A stretch of DNA of 62,508 nucleotides, counting the filler, from Squatina squatina (lineage: Eukaryota), in assembly GCA_031763465.1 (NCBI GenBank). It is 4 parts of 4 records of this genome, joined end to end, with 100 filler letters (N's around TTAATTAATTAA, not from the genome) between each part and the next. Parts side by side here need not be neighbours in the genome. Positions count along the whole stretch, not along the records: positions 1 to 22,365 come from JARFOE010000194.1; positions 22,466 to 35,827 come from JARFOE010000079.1; 2 more parts are not named here. One strand, 5' to 3'. Both the position numbers and the translations under genes were made by a program. The notes below the pieces were generated by a model, which was not told the DNA's origin, ran no database searches, and saw nothing but the letters and a program-made list of their open reading frames with translations. Positions 10,970 to 24,240 of this stretch are shown here, piece by piece (the first letter of the stretch is position 1; every line of letters starts with the position of its first letter).

Positions 10970-13900
10970 NNNNNNNNNNNNNNNNNNNNNNNNNNNNNNN
11001 NNNNNNNNNNNNNNNNNNNNNNNNNNNNNNNNNNNNNNNNNNNNNNNNNNNNNNNNNNNNNNNNNNNNNTCAAAATTGGTCATCACCATAATATGAACAT
11101 GCAAGGATTAGCTAAAAAAACACCTGCAGGTTTAGCACTCAAGTACTGACTAAATATAATTTTCATGGAGCAGTGTTTTGTGGGCTCCACTCACCCACTT
11201 CCACTGAAGGTGTGGATGTGCTGGCTGACACACAGCGGCATGTTTCAGGATGGCTCAGGGATCAAGCGAGAGGGCGCACAGGTTCTCAGACGTGGCACTG
11301 GAGGTCCAGAGGAAGAGGGATGCCCTGTACCCACGGAGTGGGGTGGGGTGGGGTGGGGTGGGGGTTCCCCTCGTCCTCTTGACCCTCTCTCCTGCAGCAG
11401 CTGGGGCTGCTCTGCCAGGCCTCATGTCCTCCTTCCATTCCACCTGCAGACCAAGGGGGACCCCTAGCAAGATGCCGATGCCCAAGCACTGCCTTTCGCC
11501 TGGTGACTCCTATAGGTACCCAATAAGGAGGAGTAGCACTGCACTCACTCTGTTTAGATGTAATCCTCAGAGAATTTCCAGAATAAATGTTGATAGAGTG
11601 TTGCAGAAGTCTTGACAAGGTGTCCCAGAACATCTCCCAGATGTATTNNNNNNNNNNNNNNNNNNNNNNNNNNNNNNNNNNNNNNNNNNNNNNNNNNNNN
11701 AAGGGCCGAATGGCCTACTCGTGCTCCTATTTTCTATGTTTTGTAGAGTACAATAAGAAGGAGGAGCACAGCACTCACTCTTTTTAGGTGAAGCTCTCAG
11801 AGAATTTCCAAAATACATGTTGCTCACGGATATGGGGATAGTGCAGGAAAATGCCGTTGAGGTAGAAGATCAGCCATGATATTGTTGAATGGCAGAGCAG
11901 TCTCGAGGGGTTGAATGGCCTACTCCTGCTCCTATTTCTTATGTTCTTATTGCAGCTCAAGATCCCATCTTGGCCAACTCGGAGTTTCCTTAGCGCCTGA
12001 ACGTGCTGCCGACAATCGCTCCCGCTGTGCCCATGAAAGATACACTGCAAGGGCTTGTGAGAAGCATGAAGCAGTCTGTGACCTGGGTCTGTGCAGCCAT
12101 GGATGAACAATTTTCTGCGCTGCAGTCAGCCATGGAGCAGATGGCAACTTCAGTGGCCTCTGCAGCAGAGCTCTTAATGGGGCAGATCACAGGCACAATG
12201 GGAGCATCTCTCATAAGTGCTCACACTGCTGCTATAAGTCTGTTCGCTGGAATCCTAAAGACGCTTTCTTGTCTGGCTTCATCATGCTGAGGNNNNNNNN
12301 NNNNNNNNNNNNNNNNNNNNNNNNNNNNNNNNNNNNNNNNNNNNNNNNNNNNNNNNNNNNNNNNNNNNNNNNNNNNNNNNNNNNNNNNNNNNCAACAACA
12401 ACTTATGTCATATCTATACATCTTTACCTTTCAACATAATTAAACATCCCAAGGCACTTTGCAGGAGTGTTATAAAAAATTTGACACCGAGCCACATAAG
12501 ATGACCAAAAGCTTGATCGAAGAAGGTAGGTTTTAAGAGGCGGACAGATTTCTTTTGATCATTTTGTACACATAGATCCCTGATTAGACCCCCATTATTG
12601 GTTCAAATGCACTTTGTTAATACTATGAGAGCGACAATATACCAAAGCTTCCCCCGCCCCACTGAGGCAGATCTACATTTACTTCAATGTTGATACTATT
12701 AAGCCCACAATCCTACTAGAGCCAATTGGGCATACGATATGCTGCATGCAATATGGTCAGAACCTGTGCCCTGTGGTGCAGTAGACTTAACAAAGAGAAA
12801 ATTAATTGAAAATGACCTGCTTTTTTGTTGAATTTATAGGCAGATGGTGAAGCCTATGTGAGGATGCTGATAAACTGGAAAGGAATAAAATGAGCAGGGA
12901 CTTATTCAACAAAGAGAGTGCTGTGTAATTGGCTCTCTCAGCGTTGGCGCTGGGTATCATCACTGTCACTAATGGAACTGCTTTTAATAAAAGGTTCTTT
13001 TATGAATTTGTCACAGGCAGGCTACATCAGGAACTGTAATAAATGAATTTGTGGTTACAGTAATCAACAAAATCACACAAGCAGACAATTGGAAACTACC
13101 TGAAGTTTGCAATTCTAATGAAACAGCTGAGATCCCGTCAGGGTGTCCATACCGCAGTGCACCTAGAATTTTATCAACATTACAAGCAGATGTCACCTTA
13201 TGGACACAATTACAATTAAAGGGACGATGAGGGTGGAATCGGTCTGGGGCGAATCAGACTCACAGCACATCAGCAGCCCGTTTTACACGCTGCCCGATCT
13301 CCTTCTCCATGGACTTTGGCTATAAGACTGGCTATCAAGCCACTCCAGGCCCGTTTCACACTACCGCTGAAGACCAATTTCACCCCCTGTATCTTTAAGG
13401 AACTGAAAGAAACAAGAGTCAAATCTCACTAATCANNNNNNNNNNNNNNNNNNNNNNNNNNNNNNNNNNNNNNNNNNNNNNNNNNNNNNNNNNNNNNNNN
13501 NNNNNNNNNNNNNNNNNNNNNNNNNNNNNNNNNNNAAGACATAGCAGAGTTCTATCAAGCTACGATGCTGCTGATCATCTGTGTTATCTTTACACACTCC
13601 AGACCTGTTCTAGGGCTTTAGCGAAAGTGTTGAGGCCTCCCCCTGTTTTATTTAATAGAGGACAACTGATGTTTGGGTGGGGGAGAGAGAGAGAACAGTA
13701 TCAAATTGGTTGAGAAAACATTGTTTGGAGACAGTACTCGAGGCTGCAAGAGGAATGAATCTCTCCTGAGAGTGTGTGCCTTGAATGCTTGTTAGAAGTA
13801 TAACAGCTGGTGTTATAGCATGATATCGAACTACCACAGAGATTAGGATGTGGAGTAGTTAGATGGCGAGCTTTTGAGGTAAAGAGAATAGCCTCCCATT

Positions 13901-14139
13901 CTGTTTACCAACATTACAACAGTTACTACACTTCAAAGTGTATTTCATTGGTTCTAAAGTGCTTTGGGAGTCCTGAGGTCATGAAAGGCGCTATAGAAAT
14001 GCAAGTCTTTCTTCTCTTTGCCACAGGTAAGGAGAAAAAGTCAGCCTGGGTTGATTTTATAAGACTTTTGGCATGATGCGATTAGCAGGGTTATGAGCAT
14101 AAAAGCAGTCTTTTCAATCAGGTAACTGCGTATGCGGCA

Positions 14140-14290
14140 GAGAGTTGCTGCCATAGGGAGTGTTTGAGGCGAATAGCATAGATGCCTTTTAGGGGAAGCT
14201 AGATAAGTACATGAGAGAGAAGGGAATATGTTGATAGGGTGAGATGCTGCAGGGGTGGGAGGAGGCTCGTGTGGAGCATGAACAGCGGCA
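14140..14290 (+). mobile_element. CR1 3' end fragment
   Basis: Similar to the reverse complement of the 40655-41030 copy (GCGAATAGCATAGATGC..GGGAGGAGGCTCGTGTGGAGCAT). Confidence 0.7.
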
Positions 14291-14369
14291 AGGAACAGAG
14301 ATATATTTCCAAGTCAGGATGATCTGTGACTTGAAGGGAACTTGGAGGTGGTGGTGCTCCCAGGTGTAT

Positions 14370-14700
14370 GGGTACGGTAGCAAAATGGTTATGTTACTTG
14401 ACTAGTAATTCCATATGCCTGGACTAATAATCTCCGAGACGCAAGTTCAATTCCCACCATGGCAGTTTGTGAATTGTTCAGCTAATTAAATAAATTTGTA
14501 ATAAAATGCTAGTATCAGTAATGGCAACCATGAAGCTATTGGATTGTCATAAAAACCAAACTGGTTCAATAATGTCCTTTATGGAAGGAAACCTGCTATG
14601 CTTACCTGGCCTGGCCTATATATGACTCCAGACCCAGCCACAATAAAGTGGTTAACCCTTAACTGCCCTCTGAAATAGCCTAGCAAGTTGTATCAAACCA
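14370..14700 (+). mobile_element. Second tRNA-derived SINE family copy
   Basis: tRNA-like head (GGTAGC..TGGTTA..GTTCAATTCCC). Its 3' body (GACTCCAGACCC..TTAACTGCCCTCTGAAAT) recurs at 57230-57345. Confidence 0.65.
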
Positions 14701-16756
14701 CTACAAAATAGTATAATAATTGTGTTAGTCATTCCTGATTGAGGACCTGATTCTCTACCACAGAAGGCAGTTGAGGCCAAATCATTAAATATATTCAAGA
14801 AGGAGTTAGATATAGTTCTTATGGCTNNNNNNNNNNNNNNNNNNNNNNNNNNNNNNNNNNNNNNNNNNNNNNNNNNNNNNNNNNNNNNNNNNNNNNNNNN
14901 NNNNNNNNNNNNNNNNNNNNNNNNNNACACGTATGAGCAGAGCTGCATTAATCAAAGTGAGAACATTTACTGTGCACAAGTGCTATTACTAGGCCCACGT
15001 AAGTAATATTTACCGACCAGTGCACTGTCCCTTGAGCCAAGGAATTTGGTTGGTGTTAGTAGGTAAGTATGACAATGGCATTGATGTGAATTGGATACTG
15101 GAGTATTTGGAAATTCTGGACATTAAACTGAAGCTGGCACACTGCCTGTCCACCCCTCGATCATGTGCTCATGTACGTCATACTTAAAATTAACACTACG
15201 TCAGCAGTTCAAGGTGTGATATTTATTGCTACACTTGTGATTTGAATGACGTGAATGCAACAGTAAAAAAAACAGATTTGACAGGGGTACAAGATAAATA
15301 GACAGAGGCAGAAATATTGTGATGAATAATTGGCAATAAAATTCATTACAAACTTTACCAAACTATAAAAATGACCTCCGATGAAATGAATAGTCATGGG
15401 CTGTGAATGTTACAAGCCATGGACTTTGTACAGTAAAGTTAATAAAATTTTATGGAGTAGACTATTGACAGACCAGACTATATGGAAACTAACCATGGAC
15501 CTTCAAAACTTCCAATCATTAGGTAATGTTGTTTAGTTACTTGCTAAGAAATNNNNNNNNNNNNNNNNNNNNNNNNNNNNNNNNNNNNNNNNNNNNNNNN
15601 NNNNNNNNNNNNNNNNNNNNNNNNNNNNNNNNNNNNNNNNNNNNNNNNNNNNAAACAACCAGACTTTTAAACAGAACATCACTTACTGTAAACTCTCTCT
15701 TGGTTAACTCTCCTGGCTAAGCTGGCTTAGTACACTCAGCCTTGCAGTTGACAGCTATGAGTTTCAGATAATCACTGCTCTCTCTCAAGATTGCCTATTG
15801 GCTGATAATAGAGTTCTATAAGATGGGGGGAGGATTTTAACTGCCCTGCTTGATGGAAACTGGGTGGGGGGGCAGGTACAATTGAACAGGAGACTTATCC
15901 TTTATCCTCTCAACATCAGCTGACTGTAATTTAAAATTGCCAGCAGAAGGACACCCCCTGAAGCAGGCAGAGTCTTGCTTTAAATATGAATATCAGGTCA
16001 CAATGGGATTTGCCTATCATTTTAATGTTAACCTGAGTGGTTGAAGCTAGCAGGAGGAGGATAAATAAGAGAAGATGGTTCTCTTTAAGTTTATTTCTTT
16101 CCTTTGTGAGGCCGGGAGAAGCAGGAATGCTTGTCCTGGTCTCACAAGGGGAATGTAGGCATCTCCTGTCCAGACTGCCCCACGCTTCCCAAATCACTAA
16201 TGGCCCCAGACCCCGCACTTATCTTGGGCCCGGCTAGCATCTTCCAACCTGCCCAATTTTAACGGGAGGGCAACCGCTTCCTGCCATTTTCTTGTTTTGG
16301 TCGGTGACCAGTGTTAATGAGGCCTAGCTGTTAAAATCAGTTGAACTTCCCACAGCAACTCTCAGACGGGCCCCAGACAGGCTGACCCTTCTGTAGGCTG
16401 CTTTCTGGCCCAGGATTTTAAATTTTGTCCCGAAGTCTCTGCCCATTGAGCTTCCAATCACAGAGAGCTTCAGCCAATCGAGGACCTGTCCTTATCAGAA
16501 AAAACTCTCAACCAAAGTCACTATCCCAGGCTGTACCTCAGTCCTTATTTCTCACCTTGTACTTCATAATCTTAGTGCCTGTGTCCTTGCATGTCTTCCT
16601 AGGATAAGTTTCTCGGCCATCTCTGCAATACTTTCAGAGAGAAAGGAATGAAACTCAGTTGGTCCATTTAGAAAACACTGTTTTCAACCTTACTGTCGTT
16701 CTAAATCATTGCAGCACTCAGGAATACCTGCGCAGAAGGCGCATTCAACCAGCAAA

Positions 16757-16915
16757 GGAAGAAAAGAATGACTTACATTTCTGTAGCGCATTTCACAGTA
16801 CGTCCCAAAGTGCTTTACAGCCAATGAAGTACCTTTGAAGTGTAGTCACTGTTGTAATGTTGGAAACACAGCAGCCAATTTGCACACAGCAAGCTCCCAC
16901 AAACAGCAATGTGAT
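16757..16915 (-). mobile_element. SacSINE1-like 3' fragment
   Basis: Matches the 3' half of the other copies (GTAGTCACTGTTGTAATGT..GCAGCCAATTTGCACACAGCAAG). Confidence 0.75.
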
Positions 16916-18524
16916 ATTATTATACTGTTTTTATTACACATGGGCCTGAAATTAGATTGTCTGACACTAATGTACGGCCACTTAATAAATACCTCTGCTA
17001 AAATAGTGGAGAGAGGAACCTCAGGCCAATGCCTTTGTCATAATTCAGAGCCTTACAAAATATTTCTCTCACTCAGCATCGAGAGCCATTCTCATTGGTG
17101 AGCCCTCACTCCTGTAAGCAAGCTCTGACTCCCTGTTACCTAAAGCATGACCTTGTATCTGGTAATGTGTTGCCCAATGGCCGAATTGTAATTTGCTCCC
17201 TGAAAATGAAACACCTCAATGGTGAAGTAGGGGCGGGAGGAGGCTCTTGTGGAGCATAAACACTGACGTGGACCAGTTGGGTTGGATGGCCTATTTCTCT
17301 GCTGTAAATTCTGTGTAATCCCCAGATTACACAGCACAAAAAAAATAACAAAAACAATTCAACAAACTGGAAGTGGCAGAGGTTAGCATTGAGTACAAGA
17401 ACAATCTAAAAGTAGCTCCATTTCAAGCAGGTGGTAGGTGCTCACTGACCTATACTATAGTATTGTATGACTCATATAACAATGATGTCCAGTTATATCT
17501 CACGACATGTTACCGGGAAATAATGTAACTCATAAAATGGTTTAACGTTTGACCCCAAAAAGTGGACGACATTGAGTTTTCATCTCCTTCCCCCAGTTTT
17601 CCATTTTTTCACAGTCCTCACAACAATGGACCACCATCCTGAATTGGATTCCGATTTGGCCCAGTATCAAGGTCTGGCCATAAACAAGAAAAAAACAATT
17701 AGAACAATCAACATCCGGTGCACGATATCATATCGCTGATAACACATCAACTCCATTTAGCAATAGCTGTGTGTGAAGTAATTAGGCTAACCTTCCTATC
17801 ACTTTACTAAGGCTCTGCAGAATGTATTGATAGTGGCAGATAATACATCCATAATAGAGAAGAACATGAAAGGAAAAACACAATCATTAAAGAATGGTGC
17901 TTGTTCAACTGGCTTCTTTAATATTCATGTTACAGTTTAGTTGAACTCAATACCAGATTATAGGCACAAGTTTTAGCTGGTGCACATGCTGCGTGGGACA
18001 AGTGCAAATGGCTTTGAAGAGATTTTACCAGTGTCCCTAGTGAGTCTTGGTGAGGAGAGATGCCTCCTTTTCCTTACTAGGCCCATAACACAAAACTTCT
18101 CATCATTTGACACCATGCTGACAGTCTGACTCAAGAACCACAAAGGTACCTGCTTTGGAAAATGGAAAGACATCACACGAGTTGAGTAAGCAATGCTCCT
18201 CCAAGGCTTATGTTGAGGCACATTGGCGCACTTCCCAAGTCACACATCATCCTAACTTGGAGACATAGACCGTTCCTTCATCACTGCTGATAGGCATTCC
18301 CTTAACCAACAACATTGTGAGAGCACCATCAGCACAAGAATTGCAGCTGTTCAAGGAGAGATTCCGCCTCCACCTTCTCAAAGCAACTTGGAATGGGCCA
18401 TATATGTGGCCTTGCCAGGGTCACNNNNNNNNNNNNNNNNNNNNNNNNNNNNNNNNNNNNNNNNNNNNNNNNNNNNNNNNNNNNNNNNNNNNNNNNNNNN
18501 NNNNNNNNNNNNNNNNNNNNNNNN

Positions 18525-18620
18525 GGGAATGGAATGCATAAATGTGAATTGGAATGGAATGGGTGAATGGGAATGGAATGGGTAAATGTGAATGGGAATG
18601 GAATGGGTAAATGTGAATAG
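18525..18620 (+). repeat. (GGAAT)-rich simple repeat with internal ~26-bp duplication
   Basis: GGGAATGGAATGGGTAAATGTGAAT occurs in tandem; the array runs into the gap. Confidence 0.85.
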
Positions 18621-18799
18621 AACTGCGTGGAAGGTAAATGCTGACACGGACTATATTGGGTCGAATGGCCTTTCTCCATATGTATTTCTATGTGAAGTTA
18701 CTGTTTTGTATATCTACTGTATGGTTCAATACAGCATTGCCCTAGTGTTTAACAAACCATTTTGTTGTTCTTGTATCTGCTAGATCATTGCCCTTCAAG

Positions 18800-19906
18800 A
18801 TGGAGAATTCTGAGAACATTAGCATGATCTCCCATGTTGCAAGACGGCGTGTCGTGTCGAAAGATGGTCACAACAATGTGAAAATTGACCAAGTGGATGG
18901 CTGGGCTTTCCTCTACCTACAGGACCTTTGGACCACCGTCATTGACATGAAATGGCGCTACAAGCTAACTCTCTTCACAGCAACATTTGTGATGACCTGG
19001 TTCCTTTTTGGGATTCTCTGGTATGTCATTGCATTTGTACACGGAGATTTAGAGTTACTGCACCCGCCAGCTAACCACACACCATGCGTGGTGAATATTG
19101 AAACCTTAACAGGGGCATTCCTGTTTTCCCTCGAGTCCCAGACTACCATTGGCTATGGTTTCCGCTGCATCACGGAGGAGTGCCCTTTTGCCATTATCCT
19201 GCTAATCACTCCGTTGGTCATTACCACCTTGGCAGAGATCTTTGTCACTGGTACTTTTCTGGCAAAGATTGCAAGGCCAAAAAAGCGCTCTGAGACTATC
19301 CGGTTTAGCTACCATGCTGCCATCGCCATACATGATAACAAACTTTGCCTCATGCTCCGCGTGGCAAACATGAGGAAGAGTCTTCTGCTCCAGTGCCAGC
19401 TTTCTGGGAAATTCCTGCATAACCACATCACTGAGGAAGGTGAGACCATCAAACTCAGGCAAGCAAATGTGGATTTTCAGGTGGACACTGGCTCTGTAAA
19501 CCCCTTCCTCATCTTCCCCTTGACTTTTTATCACATAATTGATGAGAAAAGCCCACTGAATAGATATACGTCGGCAAACCTGAGAGATAAAGACTTTGAG
19601 TTGGTTGTCATTTTAAATGCCACAGTGGAGTCCACAGGTGCCGCTTGCCAGATCAGAACCTCTTATGTGCCAGAGGAGATACTTTGGGGCTACGAATTTG
19701 TGCCTCTTATGTCGCTGTCCCCTGGTGGGAAATACTTGGTTGACTTCAGTTTCTTCGACAAACTTAGGAAGAGCTCAAACCCTTACTTTGCCTCTGAAGC
19801 GCTTCGGTATGGGGACATTGATAAGCTGAAACTTGAAGAAAAATACAGAGAGGACAAACAGAACAAACTGATCAGTAGGATCCAAACTGTTCACAGCAAT
19901 GTCTAG
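18800..19906 (+). CDS. KCNJ15: KCNJ15 (Kir4.2), complete single-exon CDS, 368 aa
   Basis: Pyrimidine tract + TAG acceptor at 18781-18783, ATG at 18800. [50 protein letters not shown] and C-terminal SNV PDZ ligand. Syntenic with KCNJ6. Confidence 0.95.
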   Translation: MENSENISMISHVARRRVVSKDGHNNVKIDQVDGWAFLYLQDLWTTVIDMKWRYKLTLFTATFVMTWFLFGILWYVIAFVHGDLELLHPPANHTPCVVNIETLTGAFLFSLESQTTIGYGFRCITEECPFAIILLITPLVITTLAEIFVTGTFLAKIARPKKRSETIRFSYHAAIAIHDNKLCLMLRVANMRKSLLLQCQLSGKFLHNHITEEGETIKLRQANVDFQVDTGSVNPFLIFPLTFYHIIDEKSPLNRYTSANLRDKDFELVVILNATVESTGAACQIRTSYVPEEILWGYEFVPLMSLSPGGKYLVDFSFFDKLRKSSNPYFASEALRYGDIDKLKLEEKYREDKQNKLISRIQTVHSNV

Positions 19907-22409
19907 TAAAATGTTTGGACAGAATATGATGTGAATAATACCAGCGTCCTTTGGAAGTTTNNNNNNNNNNNNNNNNNNNNNNNNNNNNNNNNNNNNNNNN
20001 NNNNNNNNNNNNNNNNNNNNNNNNNNNNNNNNNNNNNNNNNNNNNNNNNNNNNNNNNNNNAAAATTAATTTAGTGCTTTACATTTTTCCAAATTTTATTC
20101 ATCCAAATTAGAAAGAATATTCGCTGCAAAGACTTGTCTGCTAGAAGCTTCATAACTCACCCTCTTTATACAATTTTATTTCTCTTTCTCTGCGACTGGT
20201 AGGTTGCTTCCCAGTTACCATTTGGAATTTTTTAAAGCTGTATGATTTTGGCCAATGTTTGAGAATGTGTACAGTGAATGCCAAGTTTCTATTAAACAGG
20301 AACTACATCACGTAAATGGTTATTTTGACACTGTTTGTAGCAATAAAATTAATTTTATTGAAAAATAACTACTTAAGATATTTTTTAAAAATCCATTCAG
20401 CTTTTCTAACTGGTTTCTAACACTTTTAATGTGAGAGTCTCCATCTATTAGATATTAAGGCAAGTAAACAGATACCTACATATAAGTAGGGTTGCCATTC
20501 CCTTTAATTGACCCTTGACCCCTTTCCCTCCCCCAGAAAATGCCGTCATAAGCTTGAGGTATAAGTAACAATGGGAAAAACAAACTCTGAAATGAAAGCC
20601 AGGCTTATTTTAATACATATATAATTTGCATCCTATGTGCTAAGAGTTTCATATGTAAACATAAAGCATATTTCATTAAAAAGAGTTATAAATCAAGGCC
20701 GTAACGTTTAACCGCATATCATATTTTTTTTCTTTTTCTTTTTTTTTCTGTTTTTTGTTTTTTTGTTTTGGGTCCATGGTTGGCCGAGGTCAACTCGTAG
20801 TNNNNNNNNNNNNNNNNNNNNNNNNNNNNNNNNNNNNNNNNNNNNNNNNNNNNNNNNNNNNNNNNNNNNNNNNNNNNNNNNNNNNNNNNNNNNNNNNNNN
20901 NNNNNNNNNNNNNNNNNNNNNNNNNNNNNNNNNNNNNNNNNNNNNNNNNNNNNNNNNNNNNNNNNNNNNNNNNNNNNNNNNNNNNNNNNNNNNNNNNNNN
21001 NNNNNNNNNNNNNNNNNNNNNNNNNNNNNNNNNNNNNNNNNNNNNNNNNNNNNNNNNNNNNNNNNNNNNNNNNNNNNNNNNNNNNNNNNNNNNNNNNNNN
21101 NNNNNNNNNNNNNNNNNNNNNNNNNNNNNNNNNNNNNNNNNNNNNNNNNNNNNNNNNNNNNNNNNNNNNNNNNNNNNNNNNNNNNNNNNNNNNNNNNNNN
21201 NNNNNNNNNNNNNNNNNNNNNNNNNNNNNNNNNNNNNNNNNNNNNNNNNNNNNNNNNNNNNNNNNNNNNNNNNNNNNNNNNNNNNNNNNNNNNNNNNNNN
21301 NNNNNNNNNNNNNNNNNNNNNNNNNNNNNNNNNNNNNNNNNNNNNNNNNNNNNNNNNNNNNNNNNNNNNNNNNNNNNNNNNNNNNNNNNNNNNNNNNNNN
21401 NNNNNNNNNNNNNNNNNNNNNNNNNNNNNNNNNNNNNNNNNNNNNNNNNNNNNNNNNNNNNNNNNNNNNNNNNNNNNNNNNNNNNNNNNNNNNNNNNNNN
21501 NNNNNNNNNNNNNNNNNNNNNNNNNNNNNNNNNNNNNNNNNNNNNNNNNNNNNNNNNNNNNNNNNNNNNNNNNNNNNNNNNNNNNNNNNNNNNNNNNNNN
21601 NNNNNNNNNNNNNNNNNNNNNNNNNNNNNNNNNNNNNNNNNNNNNNNNNNNNNNNNNNNNNNNNNCTACATTTACATAATATCTAACATGGTTTGTTTTC
21701 CCTTGCCGTGTGTTGATCTCTGTTCCTTAAATTCCATAATCTTATATCTTATTCCACACAACACTATTGTCTTTTTAGCATTTTTTTTTCCTGATTGTCA
21801 ACAGTGACCAGTAACTTGATCCTTAGTTCTTTATTTCTCAGTTCATATGCTCTCCGCAAAGTACTGCTCGTTCAATAACTCGACTCCAACCAGTTATATC
21901 GTCTTCAACAGACACGTACAGTATCAAGTTTATTTCCAATTTGTCAACACATGGTTTTACCTCTTCCAGTATTCGAGACTTATCTTCAGTATTCAGGTAT
22001 CGTTTGAGTCTTTTCTCCAATTTAAGTTCATAGTTATTAACCCAGTGTTCCATTCCCAGAGCAGTAACCCAAGTCTTAATTGAAAACATGAGCATTGTTC
22101 AATAGTAAGTGCCAAGGTGAGATGGCATGTGGGTGGCTGGATGTCTGGCATTTGGGTAGATGCTTCCAGTTGGAGAATTCCAGTATGGACTTGGAGCTGC
22201 AAAGAAACTAGAGGATGTCACAGGTAGAGCAGGAGGATGGGGAGCCGAGCACTACGTCATCGCTTCTCCCACCTGCAGGCACCAGCTCAGAGACTGGCAC
22301 TATGCATTCCTTAGAGGTTAGCCTAGTAGAGGGGTCTGCACTGGGTGATGCACCCCTGCCTTGCANNNNNNNNNNNNNNNNNNNNNNNNNNNNNNNNNNN
22401 NNNNNNNNN

Positions 22410-22421
22410 TTAATTAATTAA
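22410..22421. other. Artificial scaffold linker TTAATTAATTAA (six-frame stop) within 44N+12+44N
   Basis: Identical construct three times, each totalling exactly 100 nt; gene content changes across it. Confidence 0.95.
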
Positions 22422-23759
22422 NNNNNNNNNNNNNNNNNNNNNNNNNNNNNNNNNNNNNNNNNNNNAGAAACCCTCATCGCATTTAAAAAGTACTTGGATG
22501 TGCACGTGAAGTGCCGTAACCTACAGGGCTACGGACCAAGAGTTGGAAAGTGGGATTAGGCTGGATAACACTTTGTCGACCAACGCAGACATGATGGGCC
22601 GAACGGCCTCCTTCTGTGCTTTAAATTTCTATGATTCTATATATTTATGAATGCATATTGTTTGAGCGAGAGAAGCTAATGATAGTGTGAGCAGGATGGG
22701 CTGAATGGACTGAGTTAGCTCCTATTCGCTTGCATTCTTGTGCACTTATTAATAATTTGCTTGTTTGTTTTCACCAAAGCATTAGTATTGGAATATATGT
22801 TATATAATTTTTAAGGATTTTTTTTTACATCGACTAAGTTTGGAATAACAGATTGACAAACGATGCACTCAGAGTACACAATGCTGCTTTATTCACGTAC
22901 GCACTTTGCATAACTCTGCAGTATTTATCCCGCCCTTTTCAGAAAATACTTCTTATTTAACTGACTGTTGAACTATCTCATTGAATAATACTGTATTTTT
23001 TAGCATGTAATAATCTGTGCTTCAACAGAGCCTTACCCTAAATGAGGTCTTGTGTACTGGAATATATTCATCGCAATAGAGATATCATTCCACCCCTGGC
23101 CACAATAAACACTGGCTTGCTGAGACCCGGGTGGACTGATGAAGATGTGGACTGATTCCTGAGTCCTTGACTATCGGTTGTTTTCCAATGATGTCCACTG
23201 ATTTCTGTTCCTGAGTAGACACTTCTTTTGAATAAACAGATATTTTATGTTCTCAAAACAACGGCGTTAAGTTTTTTTGTACTTCGTGACATCAGCAGAC
23301 TAGTGAAGAGCCAGAACGCTACCATGGTTGAAAAGAATCTTGAATCTGTCTCTCGCTGGCTGTGCCTATATGTCCCGATCGCTGACACGCTTCCCCCTCC
23401 CTCGGTCTCTCCATCTATTTCTCCNNNNNNNNNNNNNNNNNNNNNNNNNNNNNNNNNNNNNNNNNNNNNNNNNNNNNNNNNNNNNNNNNNNNNNNNNNNN
23501 NNNNNNNNNNNNNNNNNNNNNNNNAGTTGGGAACAACTTTACATCAAGTTGCAAATGGCCAGTTGCATCAAAGGATAACTTGTCAGCCTATCAAATGGTA
23601 AAGACCCAGACACTGATTGGATTATTTCTATGGGCACAACACTGTTAATCTTAGATGCCTATAGCGTTAAAACCATGTGTCCTCAGCAAGAGCCTCTGCA
23701 GCCCAGCAGTGTCTACAGTTAATTTGATCATGGTATGTAAAAAGTTAATAACAATTGAG

Positions 23760-24180
23760 AACAAGAGTAGGCTATTCAGCCCCTCGAGCCTGTTCAGCCA
23801 TTTAATTAAATGGTCTGTGTCTTAACTCCATTTACCTACCTTGGTTCCATAAACCCTTAATATCCATGCCGAACAAAATATAAATCTCAGTTTTGAAAAC
23901 TTCAGTTAACCTGGACTCAACAGCTTTTTGAGAGAGAGTTTCCAGATCTCTACTGCCCGTTGTATGAAGAAGTGCTTTCTGACGTCTGCCCTGAATTTTA
24001 AGGTGTGCCCCCTTGTTCTGAACTCCCACACCAGAGGAAATAGTTTCTCTCGCTCTCTCTTTCCACCCTATCAACTCCTTTAGTTATCTTAAACACTTCA
24101 GTCAGATCACCCCTTAATCTTCTATACGTGAGGGAATACAAGCCCAGTCTATCCTTATAATTTAATCCTTTTAGCCGTGA
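23760..24180 (-). mobile_element. CR1 LINE 3' fragment
   Basis: Minus frame LKGLNYKDRLGLYSL..RRLRGDLTEVFKITKGVDRV plus CR1 3' UTR. Confidence 0.85.
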
Positions 24181-24240
24181 TATCATTTTGTAATGCTTAT
24201 TTTTCTAGTTTTCCAAATTGATTTTTTCTTATTCTTGCAG

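Noticed and set aside
11339-11365. (GGGGT)5 G-quadruplex as a regulatory element
   Set aside because: Lies in probable transposon-derived sequence with no support beyond the motif.
11948-12292. Host-gene exon (coiled-coil-like 95-aa ORF; similar case at 22200-22365)
   Set aside because: No convincing splice sites, embedded among repeats; more likely a transposon ORF remnant. Unconfirmed.
18788-18799. TTG start for KCNJ15
   Set aside because: Vertebrate gene; the ATG at 18800 has good context (AAGATGG).
20755-21807. Long ORFs of 307-350 aa, and the other X-rich ORFs in the track
   Set aside because: They consist of N gaps read through as X.
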